NCBI GenBank assembly: GCA_000146045.2
Contig: BK006939.2
Location: 480,001 to 544,000, forward strand
Reading direction: 5' to 3'
DNA from: TPA_inf: Saccharomyces
Taxonomy: Eukaryota
Length of the DNA: 64,000 bases
The position numbers and the translations under genes were made by a program. Position 1 is the stretch's first letter; each line of letters opens with the position of its first letter. The notes under the pieces are model-generated. The model did no database searches, had not been told where the DNA came from, and saw nothing but the letters and a program-made list of their open reading frames with translations. This document shows positions 20,630 through 38,215 of this stretch, piece by piece.

Positions 20630-22894
20630 TCAGTCTGATTCCTCTGACATCTCTAGTTCTTTCATAAAATCCGAATAATCCTCCCCGACATCGTCGTCTG
20701 TAGCACTTTCCTCCGCTTTGTCAACAGAAACATAATCTAAACTATCTTCTGGCTCTGAAGGTTCACTATACGGCCTTGCTTCGTGGTTTGCTATACCTGG
20801 TAGGAACCCACCTCCCATAAAAGTCTCCGTATTATCGTGATTGTCCGCAATATTCTGTTCCTTCGTAACGTTAGGTTCTTCCTCGGCAATTTTACCATAT
20901 GTGGAGTTCAGCTTGCTACGAATACGCAGTTTTAGCAGTAAAGTATTCCAACTCTCCAAAGCACCAAGCAAATGTTCCTTCCTATTATCATCCTCTTGAA
21001 TAAACTCTATTCCATCAATAGCGGTTTCAATAGCTTCTCTGAGCCACTTTGCAACAACAATGCCACTTAAAACTGGCTTAACTGTACTGCCGCGTTCAAA
21101 CTTAAAAGAAGTTACAGCAGGTGCAAATTCCACCCCCAAAAACCTAGCAGCTTTAATTGCCACAGGATTCTCAACCAAACAACAGTTACCAGGTATCATC
21201 GTTGGTGCAAAAACTTCGATGTTTCCAAATGTATTCTTGGTTATTTCACCGCTCGCACTGGCTAATGGAGGGATGTATAATTCTGTGTCTTCAAAGCTAT
21301 ATAATCTTTCATCTTCTTCTTCTGCTTCGCCCTTAGGCCTTCCAACTGTCCTCTTTATCACCTTTTTACACCTGCTACCAGTTTTTAAAATTCGGCCGTT
21401 CATGTACCATTGTCTAGCACTTTTCAAATCCGCAATATCTCTTTTTGCATAAACTTTCAAAACCTTCCCAACTTTTCCATGTACTTTTAAATATCCACAC
21501 TCTTTACATCCTGGCTTTACAATTTGAGTCTGTTTGATATCTTGTTCTAAAACATAATATGGGTGGTTTTTCAAATCCTGCACCGAATCTGGTATGCCTT
21601 CACTTTCATCTCTCTGAAAAAAATATTGATCTTCGTAATCATCAATTTTGGTTCTCTTTCTATGGTGAAGTGCTGTTATCACTTTTCTGAACCATTTCTC
21701 ACCAAAGTCATCTTTAGTAATTCTTCTTTTTCTTACTTTAGAGTTCATCCATTGGGCATATCTTCGAGTTACATCTCTACAGCCATACTTCCGATCGTAA
21801 GCAATCACGTACCTCAACATATTTCTTTCGCAGCACGCCACGCCTTTCGGTGCCAACTTGGAATGAAGTCTGACCTGTTCAATGGTTTTGAGATTTACTG
21901 GGTCAACAGTTATCCATTTCTTAGAGAATTTGTCCCACACTTCACACCAAAAAATCGGATACTTGACCATATCTTTGTACGCATTGTTTCCATTCAAAGA
22001 AGTGTCAATCTTCATATTGGTAAAATCTGGCGGTTGACATGACATGATAAGTCGTGCGTTAACATTACAAGCCCTGAGCATCGCAACGAAACCTTGCACT
22101 GAAATATCAGGATCTCCGTGACCTTTACTGACGGCCCTTAAAAAGTCAGATCTTTTCAACGTCTTGAATTTTCTTTTGTTATTGGCGCTCATTTCAATTT
22201 CTTTCCAGGTTCTCATATAAAGTCCCACATTATCATATTTTTTAGTGATCTTCCAGTGTTTTTGCCATAACTCCATGCATTTCTTCAACCCATCTAATAA
22301 TTTCCTAGTACTCCTAAGTGGGAGTTCCTCATCTTTCTGAGGATGCAGTAGCTCAAACACTTTCTCAGGAACTAAGTTGCTCAGTTTTCTAGACAAGCGC
22401 TTGCTGTTAATCCATTCATTTCGTATAAATCCATGAACCATCAAGCAAACTAGATACAACATGTGGAAATATTTTCTCCTTTTCCGTTCTTCATTAGAAC
22501 AAACGTTGCGGCTTGTCCTTCTAGCATCACTATTCCTTTTACTAGAGGGCTTAATTTCAACAGATATATCTTCTACACCGGCCACCTCATTTCCATCTGT
22601 CACGTCTTCAAATTCCTCCGAATCATAATCTTCTTCAGATGACTGGATTTCCTCTACACTATCATCCGTCGGTACCGTAACGACGCCATCATCTGAAGAA
22701 TCTAAGTTTACAGTAACAACGCTTTCTCGTGGCAATTCATTCAACCCTGTTTTAAACTTCTTCTTGGCATCTGGTAGGGGCTGGTTCTTCCTTCTGACTC
22801 TTCTTCTTCTACTCAGGGGCGCTTTTTCTGCCTCTTTCTCGTTAAGAGCCTTCCTTATTAGTTCAAAATATTCCTTGGGCAGGTCTTCATTCAT
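20630..22894 (-). CDS. RAD4: RAD4, nucleotide excision repair damage-recognition protein (XPC homolog), 754 aa
   Basis: A 754-aa ORF with an acidic N-terminal region and a transglutaminase-like/BHD-type core. Size and position match YER162C. Confidence 0.85.
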   Translation of the reverse strand: MNEDLPKEYFELIRKALNEKEAEKAPLSRRRRVRRKNQPLPDAKKKFKTGLNELPRESVVTVNLDSSDDGVVTVPTDDSVEEIQSSEEDYDSEEFEDVTDGNEVAGVEDISVEIKPSSKRNSDARRTSRNVCSNEERKRRKYFHMLYLVCLMVHGFIRNEWINSKRLSRKLSNLVPEKVFELLHPQKDEELPLRSTRKLLDGLKKCMELWQKHWKITKKYDNVGLYMRTWKEIEMSANNKRKFKTLKRSDFLRAVSKGHGDPDISVQGFVAMLRACNVNARLIMSCQPPDFTNMKIDTSLNGNNAYKDMVKYPIFWCEVWDKFSKKWITVDPVNLKTIEQVRLHSKLAPKGVACCERNMLRYVIAYDRKYGCRDVTRRYAQWMNSKVRKRRITKDDFGEKWFRKVITALHHRKRTKIDDYEDQYFFQRDESEGIPDSVQDLKNHPYYVLEQDIKQTQIVKPGCKECGYLKVHGKVGKVLKVYAKRDIADLKSARQWYMNGRILKTGSRCKKVIKRTVGRPKGEAEEEDERLYSFEDTELYIPPLASASGEITKNTFGNIEVFAPTMIPGNCCLVENPVAIKAARFLGVEFAPAVTSFKFERGSTVKPVLSGIVVAKWLREAIETAIDGIEFIQEDDNRKEHLLGALESWNTLLLKLRIRSKLNSTYGKIAEEEPNVTKEQNIADNHDNTETFMGGGFLPGIANHEARPYSEPSEPEDSLDYVSVDKAEESATDDDVGEDYSDFMKELEMSEESD

Positions 22895-23083
22895 TTTAGC
22901 GGAAAAATAGTGTCGTTATGTCTCTGCTTGTCGTCCTGTTTGAACTGCATAAAATTTGCATATATTGTGCATGCATTAAAGGTACTTAACCGCATTTTTC
23001 CATTTTCCGCCGCACTATATAGATGGTAGAAAAGCAAGAGGAGAACCTTACATAGTTAATCAAGATATGTATACATATTTCAT

Positions 23084-23836
23084 TCACCTGTATTTATTTA
23101 CAGTCTCCAATAGAGCAGTCAGATAATGATCGGTAATACGCCCTCGCTCTTTCATGATGGGCATTTGCGCTAGCGCTTGCTCCAGTTTTGCAAGGTATTC
23201 ATAGTTAGATCCACTAGGTCCATGCGACACGGCAATTACTTTCGCAGTTTCATCCACGGTCTCTGGTCCGACGAAGGCCTCATTATCTATTGTACCAATG
23301 TACACCGAAGTAAGTAGTACCCGTTTACCCGATTTGTTGTGCCGAGGCAACTGTTCTAATGCTTCACCCAATTCTGCCTCGTGCTCCCGATTAGTTTCTA
23401 GATGCACCTCAACCTCATGTAGAGTGTACCCGTTTTGTTCTCTTACGTTCAAATACTCTCTAACCTCTTGAGCATGTTCTGGTGGTATATAATACACTAC
23501 CCCTATGGTGACTAAGTCGTCGGGATCCTGGATAGGTGCACTTTCACTATACAAATTCACATTCTTCAAGAAGGCAGTTTGCCTTATAATATCCTCATAC
23601 GGGATTAGTGTGGCCACTCTTCCTGGGTTTGCAGGTGTACCCCTATGATCAGTGGAACTTTGCCAGAACCGACGAGCAAAACCGTGAATTATTGCCGGTA
23701 TTCTATGCGTGTAATGAGACGGAGGCTTGTAAATCAGAGATCCGTAGCCTAGGACCCAGATACCACTGTTGTCATTAGTCATTTGGCCATACAACTTTTT
23801 ATAAGCCCAAACCAACGTCGTGATTGCTTCTTCCAA
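23084..23836 (-). CDS. GCG1: GCG1, ChaC-like glutathione-specific gamma-glutamylcyclotransferase. The first ATG is at 23780-23782, giving 232 aa. The track ORF starts at an upstream TTG.
   Basis: It contains the YGSL cyclotransferase motif (VLGYGSLIYKPP) and a ChaC-like fold. Its position fits YER163C. Confidence 0.8.
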   Translation of the reverse strand: MEEAITTLVWAYKKLYGQMTNDNSGIWVLGYGSLIYKPPSHYTHRIPAIIHGFARRFWQSSTDHRGTPANPGRVATLIPYEDIIRQTAFLKNVNLYSESAPIQDPDDLVTIGVVYYIPPEHAQEVREYLNVREQNGYTLHEVEVHLETNREHEAELGEALEQLPRHNKSGKRVLLTSVYIGTIDNEAFVGPETVDETAKVIAVSHGPSGSNYEYLAKLEQALAQMPIMKERGRITDHYLTALLETVNKYR

Positions 23837-25379
23837 GGTTAAATCACCTCGAGACTAAACTCATAGCTAATATTGACCTTACCTTTTAGCGTTACCCAGA
23901 ATACCAATTATCCCGCTCCTTGGCGAATCCAAAAAAAAAAAAAAGGAAAAATTACTGGAGTGGCAAATTTTCTCATTCTCTTCATATAAACCACTAGGGA
24001 GGACGTCGAAGAAAAGTCTGCTAGGTGTTGGTGACAACTTCCAAGCTTCCCTTAACACAAGGGAACTATTGATAACCGCTGGTTGACATACGCCTTTAAA
24101 AGAGGTCATACGTTGCGACACTCTCTCCCTCCCCTCTCACTGATGTTTTCTGTCTTCAATTTCTGGCAATAATCTTAAGACGAAGCAGTCAAGTCCTAAG
24201 GAAGAAAACGATTTTTGATTGTTTTAAGTTGCCACTACGTAGTGGTCAATATGGAAGCCTCTGCGCAATGGAGAAACACGGGTGGCATAGGTCAGCGAAC
24301 CATACAAGCGAGAACACTCTCATTACTTTATGGATCATCTCAGTATTTCACCGTTCGAGGAAAATCTTCTTTCGCAGGCCGAAGTCACCGTGATATATTT
24401 GATACTTTTGAGATATCCTTGAAAGGTAAGCTTCTATGTTGTACGTTTATTTTTTTTAACTTTCTTTGTTTTAGCTTTTACTTCGATGATATGTTACTGC
24501 CCCATATACGGTAAAAGATCATACGTTGCCAAAATCAAAAGACATGATTGCCTGTATGTTTTCCTCAGCCCATCAATGCGTAATACGGTCAGCTAAACGC
24601 TGCTCACAAGCCAAGGGCTTGCGTGTTGCTCGCGCATCGGTTGGATATCACTGGTAGGCCACTTCTTCAATATTTTGAAAATGAAACACGCTAAAGTTGA
24701 AAACTTAATTATCAACCGTCCAGAAGGTGTAGGCAATTTCATCTAAGAGAATAAATTTAACATCCCACGATCCTTATCACATCCCATCCCTACACTAGGA
24801 CATATGTTCCCAAACATTACAAAGTTCTTTCCTGATATCATTACTGATATAAGATTATGTCAATTATTGATACCATTAAAGACATGTAATATGCAACACT
24901 TGTCGAACAGATCATAGTTCAGTAGTCGATTATCATACTGTTACCCTCTCGTTATATAATTTTACTTTTTTTCCTTTCCTTCTTTTCAATTTCGAAACTG
25001 TACCACGAGAAACATTGTGTAGAAGAATCTTGTCCTCATTATATCTGGTTAGTACTATCGTATTCTTGTCCGGACATCTAAGTCAAGTTGATAAAAGTTT
25101 GGGGTTATCAAGTCAAGATAAGCAAGCTTGCAGAAGTCACCTTCTCTTTTCCGTTACTTCTTTTGTGAATATACACATACTTGTTTCTTCCAAAGGAGAA
25201 AATTGAATAAGCCTAAACATCGACCATCATTTTCTTTAATTCGTACTTGAGTTCCACTAGCTTACCTATTCACTAACGACAAAGTTTCTCAAAGGTTTTT
25301 ATTTTTCATTTGCTTCAAGACTTTTCCGTTATTTCTTTAAACCTATACCCAATTCAAAGCAGAACCTTTTCTAATTTAA

Positions 25380-29798
<4,419 letters not shown>

Positions 29799-30320
29799 AA
29801 CAATTTTTCTTCACCACATTTTCCATTGTTCCTTCCCCCCATAACTATAAACGTATTTATGTATATATATTTGCGTGTAAGTGTGTGTACTATAGGGCAC
29901 CGTAAAGTAATAATGCTTAATTAGTTACTACTATGACCATATAAGAGGTCATACTGTATGAAGCCACAAAGCAGATAGATCAATCATGTTTAACGAAAAC
30001 TGTTAATCGAAGATTATTTCTTTTTTTTTTTCTCTTTCCTTTTTACAAAGAAAATTTTTTTTGCGCTTTTTGCCATCACCATCGCAAGTTCTGGGACAAT
30101 TGTTCTCTTTCGCTCCAGTTCCAAGGAAAGAGGTTTCTGTTTTACTTAATAGAAAGTGTCATCTTGTATTTTATATCTCTTCTTTCTTGTGTAAAATTCT
30201 TTAGTTTTGATTTTGTATTTTTAGGACAGTGAGCTACGAAGTAACATTTTTACTTAATAACCGTTTGAAGCATAGAGCAGGCCCTGGTACCACCACCTAA
30301 TATCTGGCTTTTTATTCAAT

Positions 30321-32106
<1,786 letters not shown>

Positions 32107-32743
32107 TGCTCTATGTAATCACCTACTTCCCTACTCAACAAACTTATCATCTTTTTTTTCTCCCTTCCCTTTTTTTTTTGTCTTAAATACTAGTTATTAT
32201 CCTTTGTAACCTAAATACTCGCTCTTATTGACAAAATGCAAACGTTTTTTGTTTTTAACTGTCAAGAGAAGTATCATTTTACTATTATTAGACTTCATTA
32301 CTGAGTTTATTAGTTGCGTTTTTTTGAGGTCTCATTATTAACGGCAGAATGTTAGTTTTCGCGGAAAATAAACAAAATAGCACGGAAAAAAGACCAACAG
32401 GTTCCAGGAAAATACTAATTTACAAAAAATTGACAAATCAAGTGAGGGTACCTTGCTATTCATCACCGCATTCAACTAACTGGAGGTACAAAGCTGATAA
32501 AATTTCACAGAGCAAAGTCTCACTTAGCTTTTACTTTATGAAATTTGACCTTTAATAACCGAAGGTCATCGTAATACGCAACTCAGACAGTTTTAAGTGG
32601 ATTTTTAGGGTCGCAATTAAAAACACTCAAAAATTAACCGGAGGTTGAGCAAGGGAAAGCAACCGTAACAGAAATCCTTTATTTCCTCCTGGAAGTGAAA
32701 TAAAAACGCAGTTAACTTTAAAAAGGAAAGTTAGTTGATAATT

Positions 32744-35700
32744 ATGTCTGGAACTTTTCATGGCGATGGGCATGCTCCCATGTCGCCCTTTGAAGATACA
32801 TTTCAATTTGAAGATAATAGCAGTAATGAAGATACACATATTGCACCTACCCATTTTGATGATGGTGCAACAAGCAACAAATACAGCCGGCCACAGGTCA
32901 GCTTCAATGATGAAACACCCAAAAATAAACGTGAAGATGCAGAAGAATTCACATTTAACGATGACACAGAATATGACAATCATTCCTTTCAGCCAACACC
33001 GAAACTTAATAATGGATCTGGGACGTTTGATGATGTGGAATTAGACAATGATAGTGGTGAACCGCACACTAACTACGATGGTATGAAAAGATTCCGGATG
33101 GGTACAAAAAGGAATAAAAAAGGAAACCCAATAATGGGAAGATCTAAGACCTTGAAATGGGCTAGGAAGAACATTCCAAACCCATTTGAAGACTTTACGA
33201 AGGATGATATTGACCCTGGTGCCATAAATCGTGCGCAAGAACTAAGGACTGTGTATTACAATATGCCCTTACCAAAAGATATGATAGATGAAGAAGGCAA
33301 CCCCATTATGCAGTATCCTCGTAATAAAATCAGAACTACCAAATATACCCCGTTAACATTCTTACCAAAAAACATTCTATTTCAGTTTCATAATTTCGCC
33401 AACGTTTATTTCTTAGTTTTAATAATTTTAGGTGCATTTCAAATTTTTGGTGTCACGAACCCTGGTTTAAGTGCGGTTCCGTTAGTTGTCATTGTTATAA
33501 TCACTGCGATCAAGGATGCTATTGAAGACTCAAGAAGAACCGTCCTAGATTTAGAGGTGAATAATACCAAGACACATATTTTAGAAGGTGTTGAGAACGA
33601 AAATGTCTCAACCGATAATATTTCATTGTGGAGAAGGTTTAAGAAAGCAAACTCTAGACTCCTTTTCAAGTTTATACAATATTGTAAAGAACATTTAACT
33701 GAAGAGGGCAAAAAGAAGAGAATGCAGAGAAAGCGTCATGAACTAAGAGTACAAAAAACTGTTGGAACGAGTGGACCCAGATCCTCTCTAGACTCCATTG
33801 ACAGTTACAGAGTATCTGCAGATTATGGCCGTCCTTCATTGGATTATGATAATTTGGAACAAGGGGCCGGTGAAGCCAATATAGTTGATAGATCCCTACC
33901 ACCCAGAACTGATTGTAAATTTGCCAAGAATTATTGGAAAGGTGTCAAGGTTGGTGATATTGTTCGTATCCATAACAATGATGAAATCCCTGCTGACATT
34001 ATCTTACTTTCAACGTCGGATACAGATGGTGCCTGCTACGTAGAAACTAAAAATTTGGATGGTGAAACAAACTTAAAGGTACGCCAATCCTTGAAGTGTA
34101 CCAATACTATAAGAACGTCAAAAGATATTGCTAGAACAAAATTCTGGATCGAAAGTGAAGGGCCCCACTCAAATTTGTACACTTATCAAGGTAATATGAA
34201 ATGGAGAAATCTTGCAGATGGCGAGATACGAAATGAGCCAATTACTATTAATAACGTTCTGCTTCGTGGTTGCACTCTTAGAAATACTAAGTGGGCAATG
34301 GGTGTTGTAATGTTTACCGGTGGTGACACAAAAATCATGTTAAACTCTGGCATTACACCCACCAAGAAGTCCAGGATTTCAAGAGAACTAAACTTCTCTG
34401 TGGTGATAAATTTCGTGCTACTTTTCATCTTATGTTTTGTTTCTGGTATTGCAAATGGTGTATATTACGACAAAAAAGGCAGATCACGGTTTTCCTATGA
34501 ATTTGGAACAATTGCTGGGTCAGCGGCGACAAACGGTTTCGTCTCATTTTGGGTTGCTGTTATTCTTTACCAATCTTTAGTCCCAATCTCTTTGTACATT
34601 TCTGTGGAGATCATCAAAACTGCACAAGCGGCCTTCATTTACGGAGACGTTTTACTCTACAATGCCAAATTGGATTATCCTTGTACACCAAAATCCTGGA
34701 ATATTTCTGACGATTTAGGTCAAGTGGAATATATATTTTCTGATAAAACAGGTACATTAACTCAAAATGTAATGGAGTTTAAAAAATGTACTATCAATGG
34801 TGTTTCATATGGAAGAGCTTACACCGAAGCGTTAGCGGGATTAAGAAAAAGACAAGGTATCGACGTCGAAACCGAAGGTAGGCGTGAGAAGGCCGAAATT
34901 GCCAAGGATAGGGATACAATGATCGATGAACTGAGAGCTTTATCAGGAAATTCACAATTTTATCCCGAAGAAGTTACCTTTGTATCAAAGGAGTTCGTTC
35001 GCGATTTGAAAGGGGCTAGTGGTGAAGTACAACAAAGATGCTGTGAGCACTTTATGTTAGCATTAGCTTTATGTCACTCCGTCCTTGTAGAAGCAAACCC
35101 GGACAATCCAAAAAAACTGGATTTAAAAGCTCAATCTCCAGACGAAGCAGCGTTAGTAGCCACAGCTAGAGATGTAGGATTCAGTTTTGTTGGAAAAACC
35201 AAAAAAGGGTTGATAATTGAAATGCAAGGTATTCAAAAAGAATTTGAGATTCTAAATATTTTGGAGTTTAATTCATCGAGAAAAAGAATGTCCTGTATTG
35301 TCAAAATTCCGGGTCTGAACCCAGGGGACGAGCCTAGAGCACTTTTAATTTGTAAAGGTGCAGATTCCATTATATACTCAAGATTAAGTCGCCAGAGTGG
35401 TAGCAATAGTGAAGCTATTTTGGAAAAAACTGCTTTGCATTTAGAGCAGTACGCTACTGAAGGTTTAAGAACGTTATGCATAGCTCAAAGGGAGTTAAGT
35501 TGGTCTGAATACGAAAAATGGAACGAAAAGTACGATATTGCTGCTGCATCATTAGCAAACAGAGAGGATGAATTAGAAGTTGTTGCAGATTCCATTGAAC
35601 GCGAATTGATATTATTGGGCGGTACAGCTATCGAAGATCGTTTACAAGATGGTGTTCCGGATTGTATAGAGTTGCTTGCAGAGGCAGGAATTAAATTATG

Positions 35701-37459
35701 GGTTCTTACGGGTGATAAAGTTGAAACAGCTATAAACATTGGATTTTCTTGCAACCTTTTGAATAATGAAATGGAATTGTTAGTTATTAAAACAACTGGT
35801 GATGACGTGAAAGAATTCGGATCAGAACCAAGTGAAATTGTGGATGCTTTACTCTCCAAATACTTGAAGGAGTATTTCAACTTAACCGGTTCAGAAGAAG
35901 AGATTTTTGAAGCTAAAAAGGATCACGAATTTCCGAAGGGTAATTACGCCATCGTTATCGATGGTGATGCTTTGAAATTGGCGCTATATGGTGAAGATAT
36001 AAGAAGAAAGTTTCTTTTACTCTGCAAGAATTGTAGAGCTGTCTTATGCTGTAGAGTATCTCCATCTCAAAAAGCAGCCGTTGTTAAGTTAGTCAAGGAT
36101 TCTCTAGATGTCATGACACTAGCCATCGGCGATGGTTCCAACGACGTCGCCATGATTCAATCTGCGGATGTTGGTATTGGTATTGCCGGTGAAGAAGGTC
36201 GACAAGCTGTTATGTGCTCAGACTACGCCATTGGACAATTCAGATATTTGGCTAGATTGGTCCTCGTTCACGGTAGGTGGTCTTATAAGAGACTGGCAGA
36301 AATGATTCCTGAGTTTTTTTACAAAAACATGATTTTTGCTTTGGCATTGTTCTGGTATGGTATCTATAATGATTTTGATGGGTCTTACCTGTATGAATAC
36401 ACATACATGATGTTCTATAATTTGGCATTTACATCCCTACCAGTCATCTTCTTAGGTATTCTGGACCAGGACGTGAATGACACAATATCATTAGTGGTCC
36501 CTCAGTTATACCGTGTTGGAATTTTAAGGAAAGAATGGAACCAAAGAAAGTTCTTATGGTATATGTTGGACGGATTATATCAGTCTATTATCTGTTTTTT
36601 TTTCCCTTACTTGGTTTATCACAAAAATATGATAGTTACGAGCAATGGGTTAGGATTGGATCATCGTTATTTTGTCGGTGTTTATGTGACCACTATTGCT
36701 GTAATTTCGTGTAACACATATGTTTTATTACACCAATATAGATGGGATTGGTTTAGTGGATTATTCATTGCACTGTCTTGCCTCGTAGTTTTTGCATGGA
36801 CGGGAATATGGTCTTCTGCGATAGCTAGTAGAGAATTTTTCAAAGCTGCAGCGCGTATCTATGGAGCACCTTCATTTTGGGCTGTTTTCTTTGTTGCCGT
36901 GCTGTTCTGCTTACTGCCCCGTTTCACATATGACAGTTTTCAAAAATTTTTCTACCCAACTGATGTGGAAATAGTAAGAGAGATGTGGCAACATGGCCAT
37001 TTCGATCATTATCCTCCTGGTTACGATCCAACAGATCCCAACAGACCCAAGGTCACAAAAGCTGGGCAACACGGAGAGAAGATTATAGAAGGCATAGCAC
37101 TTTCCGACAACTTAGGAGGATCGAACTATTCAAGGGATAGTGTTGTCACAGAGGAGATTCCAATGACTTTCATGCACGGTGAAGATGGAAGTCCTAGCGG
37201 ATATCAGAAGCAAGAAACCTGGATGACTTCACCCAAGGAAACACAAGATCTTCTTCAATCGCCCCAATTTCAGCAGGCCCAAACGTTCGGAAGAGGCCCA
37301 TCAACCAACGTCAGGTCATCCTTGGACCGCACAAGAGAACAGATGATCGCCACTAACCAACTAGATAACCGCTACTCTGTGGAAAGAGCGAGAACATCTC
37401 TAGATCTACCAGGCGTAACTAACGCAGCCTCCTTAATCGGAACACAACAGAACAATTAA
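32744..37459 (+). CDS. DNF1: DNF1, P4-type ATPase aminophospholipid flippase (1571 aa from the first ATG)
   Basis: It carries the P-type ATPase motifs DKTGTLT and GDGSNDV(AM) and ten predicted transmembrane segments. Its size and position between PAB1 and BCK2 fit YER166W. Confidence 0.9.
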   Translation: MSGTFHGDGHAPMSPFEDTFQFEDNSSNEDTHIAPTHFDDGATSNKYSRPQVSFNDETPKNKREDAEEFTFNDDTEYDNHSFQPTPKLNNGSGTFDDVELDNDSGEPHTNYDGMKRFRMGTKRNKKGNPIMGRSKTLKWARKNIPNPFEDFTKDDIDPGAINRAQELRTVYYNMPLPKDMIDEEGNPIMQYPRNKIRTTKYTPLTFLPKNILFQFHNFANVYFLVLIILGAFQIFGVTNPGLSAVPLVVIVIITAIKDAIEDSRRTVLDLEVNNTKTHILEGVENENVSTDNISLWRRFKKANSRLLFKFIQYCKEHLTEEGKKKRMQRKRHELRVQKTVGTSGPRSSLDSIDSYRVSADYGRPSLDYDNLEQGAGEANIVDRSLPPRTDCKFAKNYWKGVKVGDIVRIHNNDEIPADIILLSTSDTDGACYVETKNLDGETNLKVRQSLKCTNTIRTSKDIARTKFWIESEGPHSNLYTYQGNMKWRNLADGEIRNEPITINNVLLRGCTLRNTKWAMGVVMFTGGDTKIMLNSGITPTKKSRISRELNFSVVINFVLLFILCFVSGIANGVYYDKKGRSRFSYEFGTIAGSAATNGFVSFWVAVILYQSLVPISLYISVEIIKTAQAAFIYGDVLLYNAKLDYPCTPKSWNISDDLGQVEYIFSDKTGTLTQNVMEFKKCTINGVSYGRAYTEALAGLRKRQGIDVETEGRREKAEIAKDRDTMIDELRALSGNSQFYPEEVTFVSKEFVRDLKGASGEVQQRCCEHFMLALALCHSVLVEANPDNPKKLDLKAQSPDEAALVATARDVGFSFVGKTKKGLIIEMQGIQKEFEILNILEFNSSRKRMSCIVKIPGLNPGDEPRALLICKGADSIIYSRLSRQSGSNSEAILEKTALHLEQYATEGLRTLCIAQRELSWSEYEKWNEKYDIAAASLANREDELEVVADSIERELILLGGTAIEDRLQDGVPDCIELLAEAGIKLWVLTGDKVETAINIGFSCNLLNNEMELLVIKTTGDDVKEFGSEPSEIVDALLSKYLKEYFNLTGSEEEIFEAKKDHEFPKGNYAIVIDGDALKLALYGEDIRRKFLLLCKNCRAVLCCRVSPSQKAAVVKLVKDSLDVMTLAIGDGSNDVAMIQSADVGIGIAGEEGRQAVMCSDYAIGQFRYLARLVLVHGRWSYKRLAEMIPEFFYKNMIFALALFWYGIYNDFDGSYLYEYTYMMFYNLAFTSLPVIFLGILDQDVNDTISLVVPQLYRVGILRKEWNQRKFLWYMLDGLYQSIICFFFPYLVYHKNMIVTSNGLGLDHRYFVGVYVTTIAVISCNTYVLLHQYRWDWFSGLFIALSCLVVFAWTGIWSSAIASREFFKAAARIYGAPSFWAVFFVAVLFCLLPRFTYDSFQKFFYPTDVEIVREMWQHGHFDHYPPGYDPTDPNRPKVTKAGQHGEKIIEGIALSDNLGGSNYSRDSVVTEEIPMTFMHGEDGSPSGYQKQETWMTSPKETQDLLQSPQFQQAQTFGRGPSTNVRSSLDRTREQMIATNQLDNRYSVERARTSLDLPGVTNAASLIGTQQNN

Positions 37460-37532
37460 TAATGATATCCGAACCATAGCTGATGGAACTCCGCTTTTCA
37501 CTGTATATATAATATTACATAATATTACTGGA

Positions 37533-37568
37533 TAAGCCTTAGAAGCCTTAGAAGCCTTAGAAGCCTTG
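37533..37568. repeat. Short tandem repeat, 9-mer AGAAGCCTT in about 4 copies, in the DNF1 3' flank
   Basis: The sequence reads GATAAGCCTTAGAAGCCTTAGAAGCCTTAGAAGCCTTGG. Confidence 0.9.
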
Positions 37569-38215
37569 GAATTCATGCATACTACAGCGTTAACTCTTTC
37601 TTTTAGCAAGTTTTAGTAGCGGACGTGTGGGTTTCTTTGTTCTATAATTAACACTCCCGGTTAACCCGGATCGCTATTATTCAAGGACGCACAATGGTGG
37701 GCTAATTTTTTCTTCCGATGGAAAACTGACGCCAGCACTTTCCAGCGCTGGGAACTCTCCACTAACTGGCAAAAAAATTGATTAAGGTCATGATCAAAGG
37801 AATTTTTGAAATGTTGTAAAGTAGAGTTAAGAATTAATCAAGCCGTGATACGTATGTTTTTGACTAGGTGAGAGACTATATTTATCAAAAATAGTTTTTT
37901 ATACTAACAGAAAGTTTATTATATCATAGAAATCCTAGGCCTATTGTTATTATTTGCGTGAAAAAAGGTTCATGCCTAGTTATTCAGGATATTAATCAGG
38001 CATAGTCATAGTTTTGTAATACACGTCTTTCACTCCTATTTCCGGTTAACATTCGCTAATATCCATCAAATTATTGACTTTTTTTTCAGTGGATTTGTTG
38101 TTAATAAAGGAAACAATCAGATCAGCCATTTAGGGAAGTCTTTTAAGAAAGCTCAGAAGGAGATCTAAGACAAGAAGCAAGGCAGTCTTGATTTATCGCT
38201 CAAAACCAATAGCAC

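Noticed and set aside
37657-38050. CCGGTTAAC occurring twice in the DNF1-BCK2 intergenic region (about 37657 and about 38042) as a possible paired regulatory site
   Set aside because: There are only two short copies with no surrounding symmetry, and I recognise no known factor consensus. This is likely chance.
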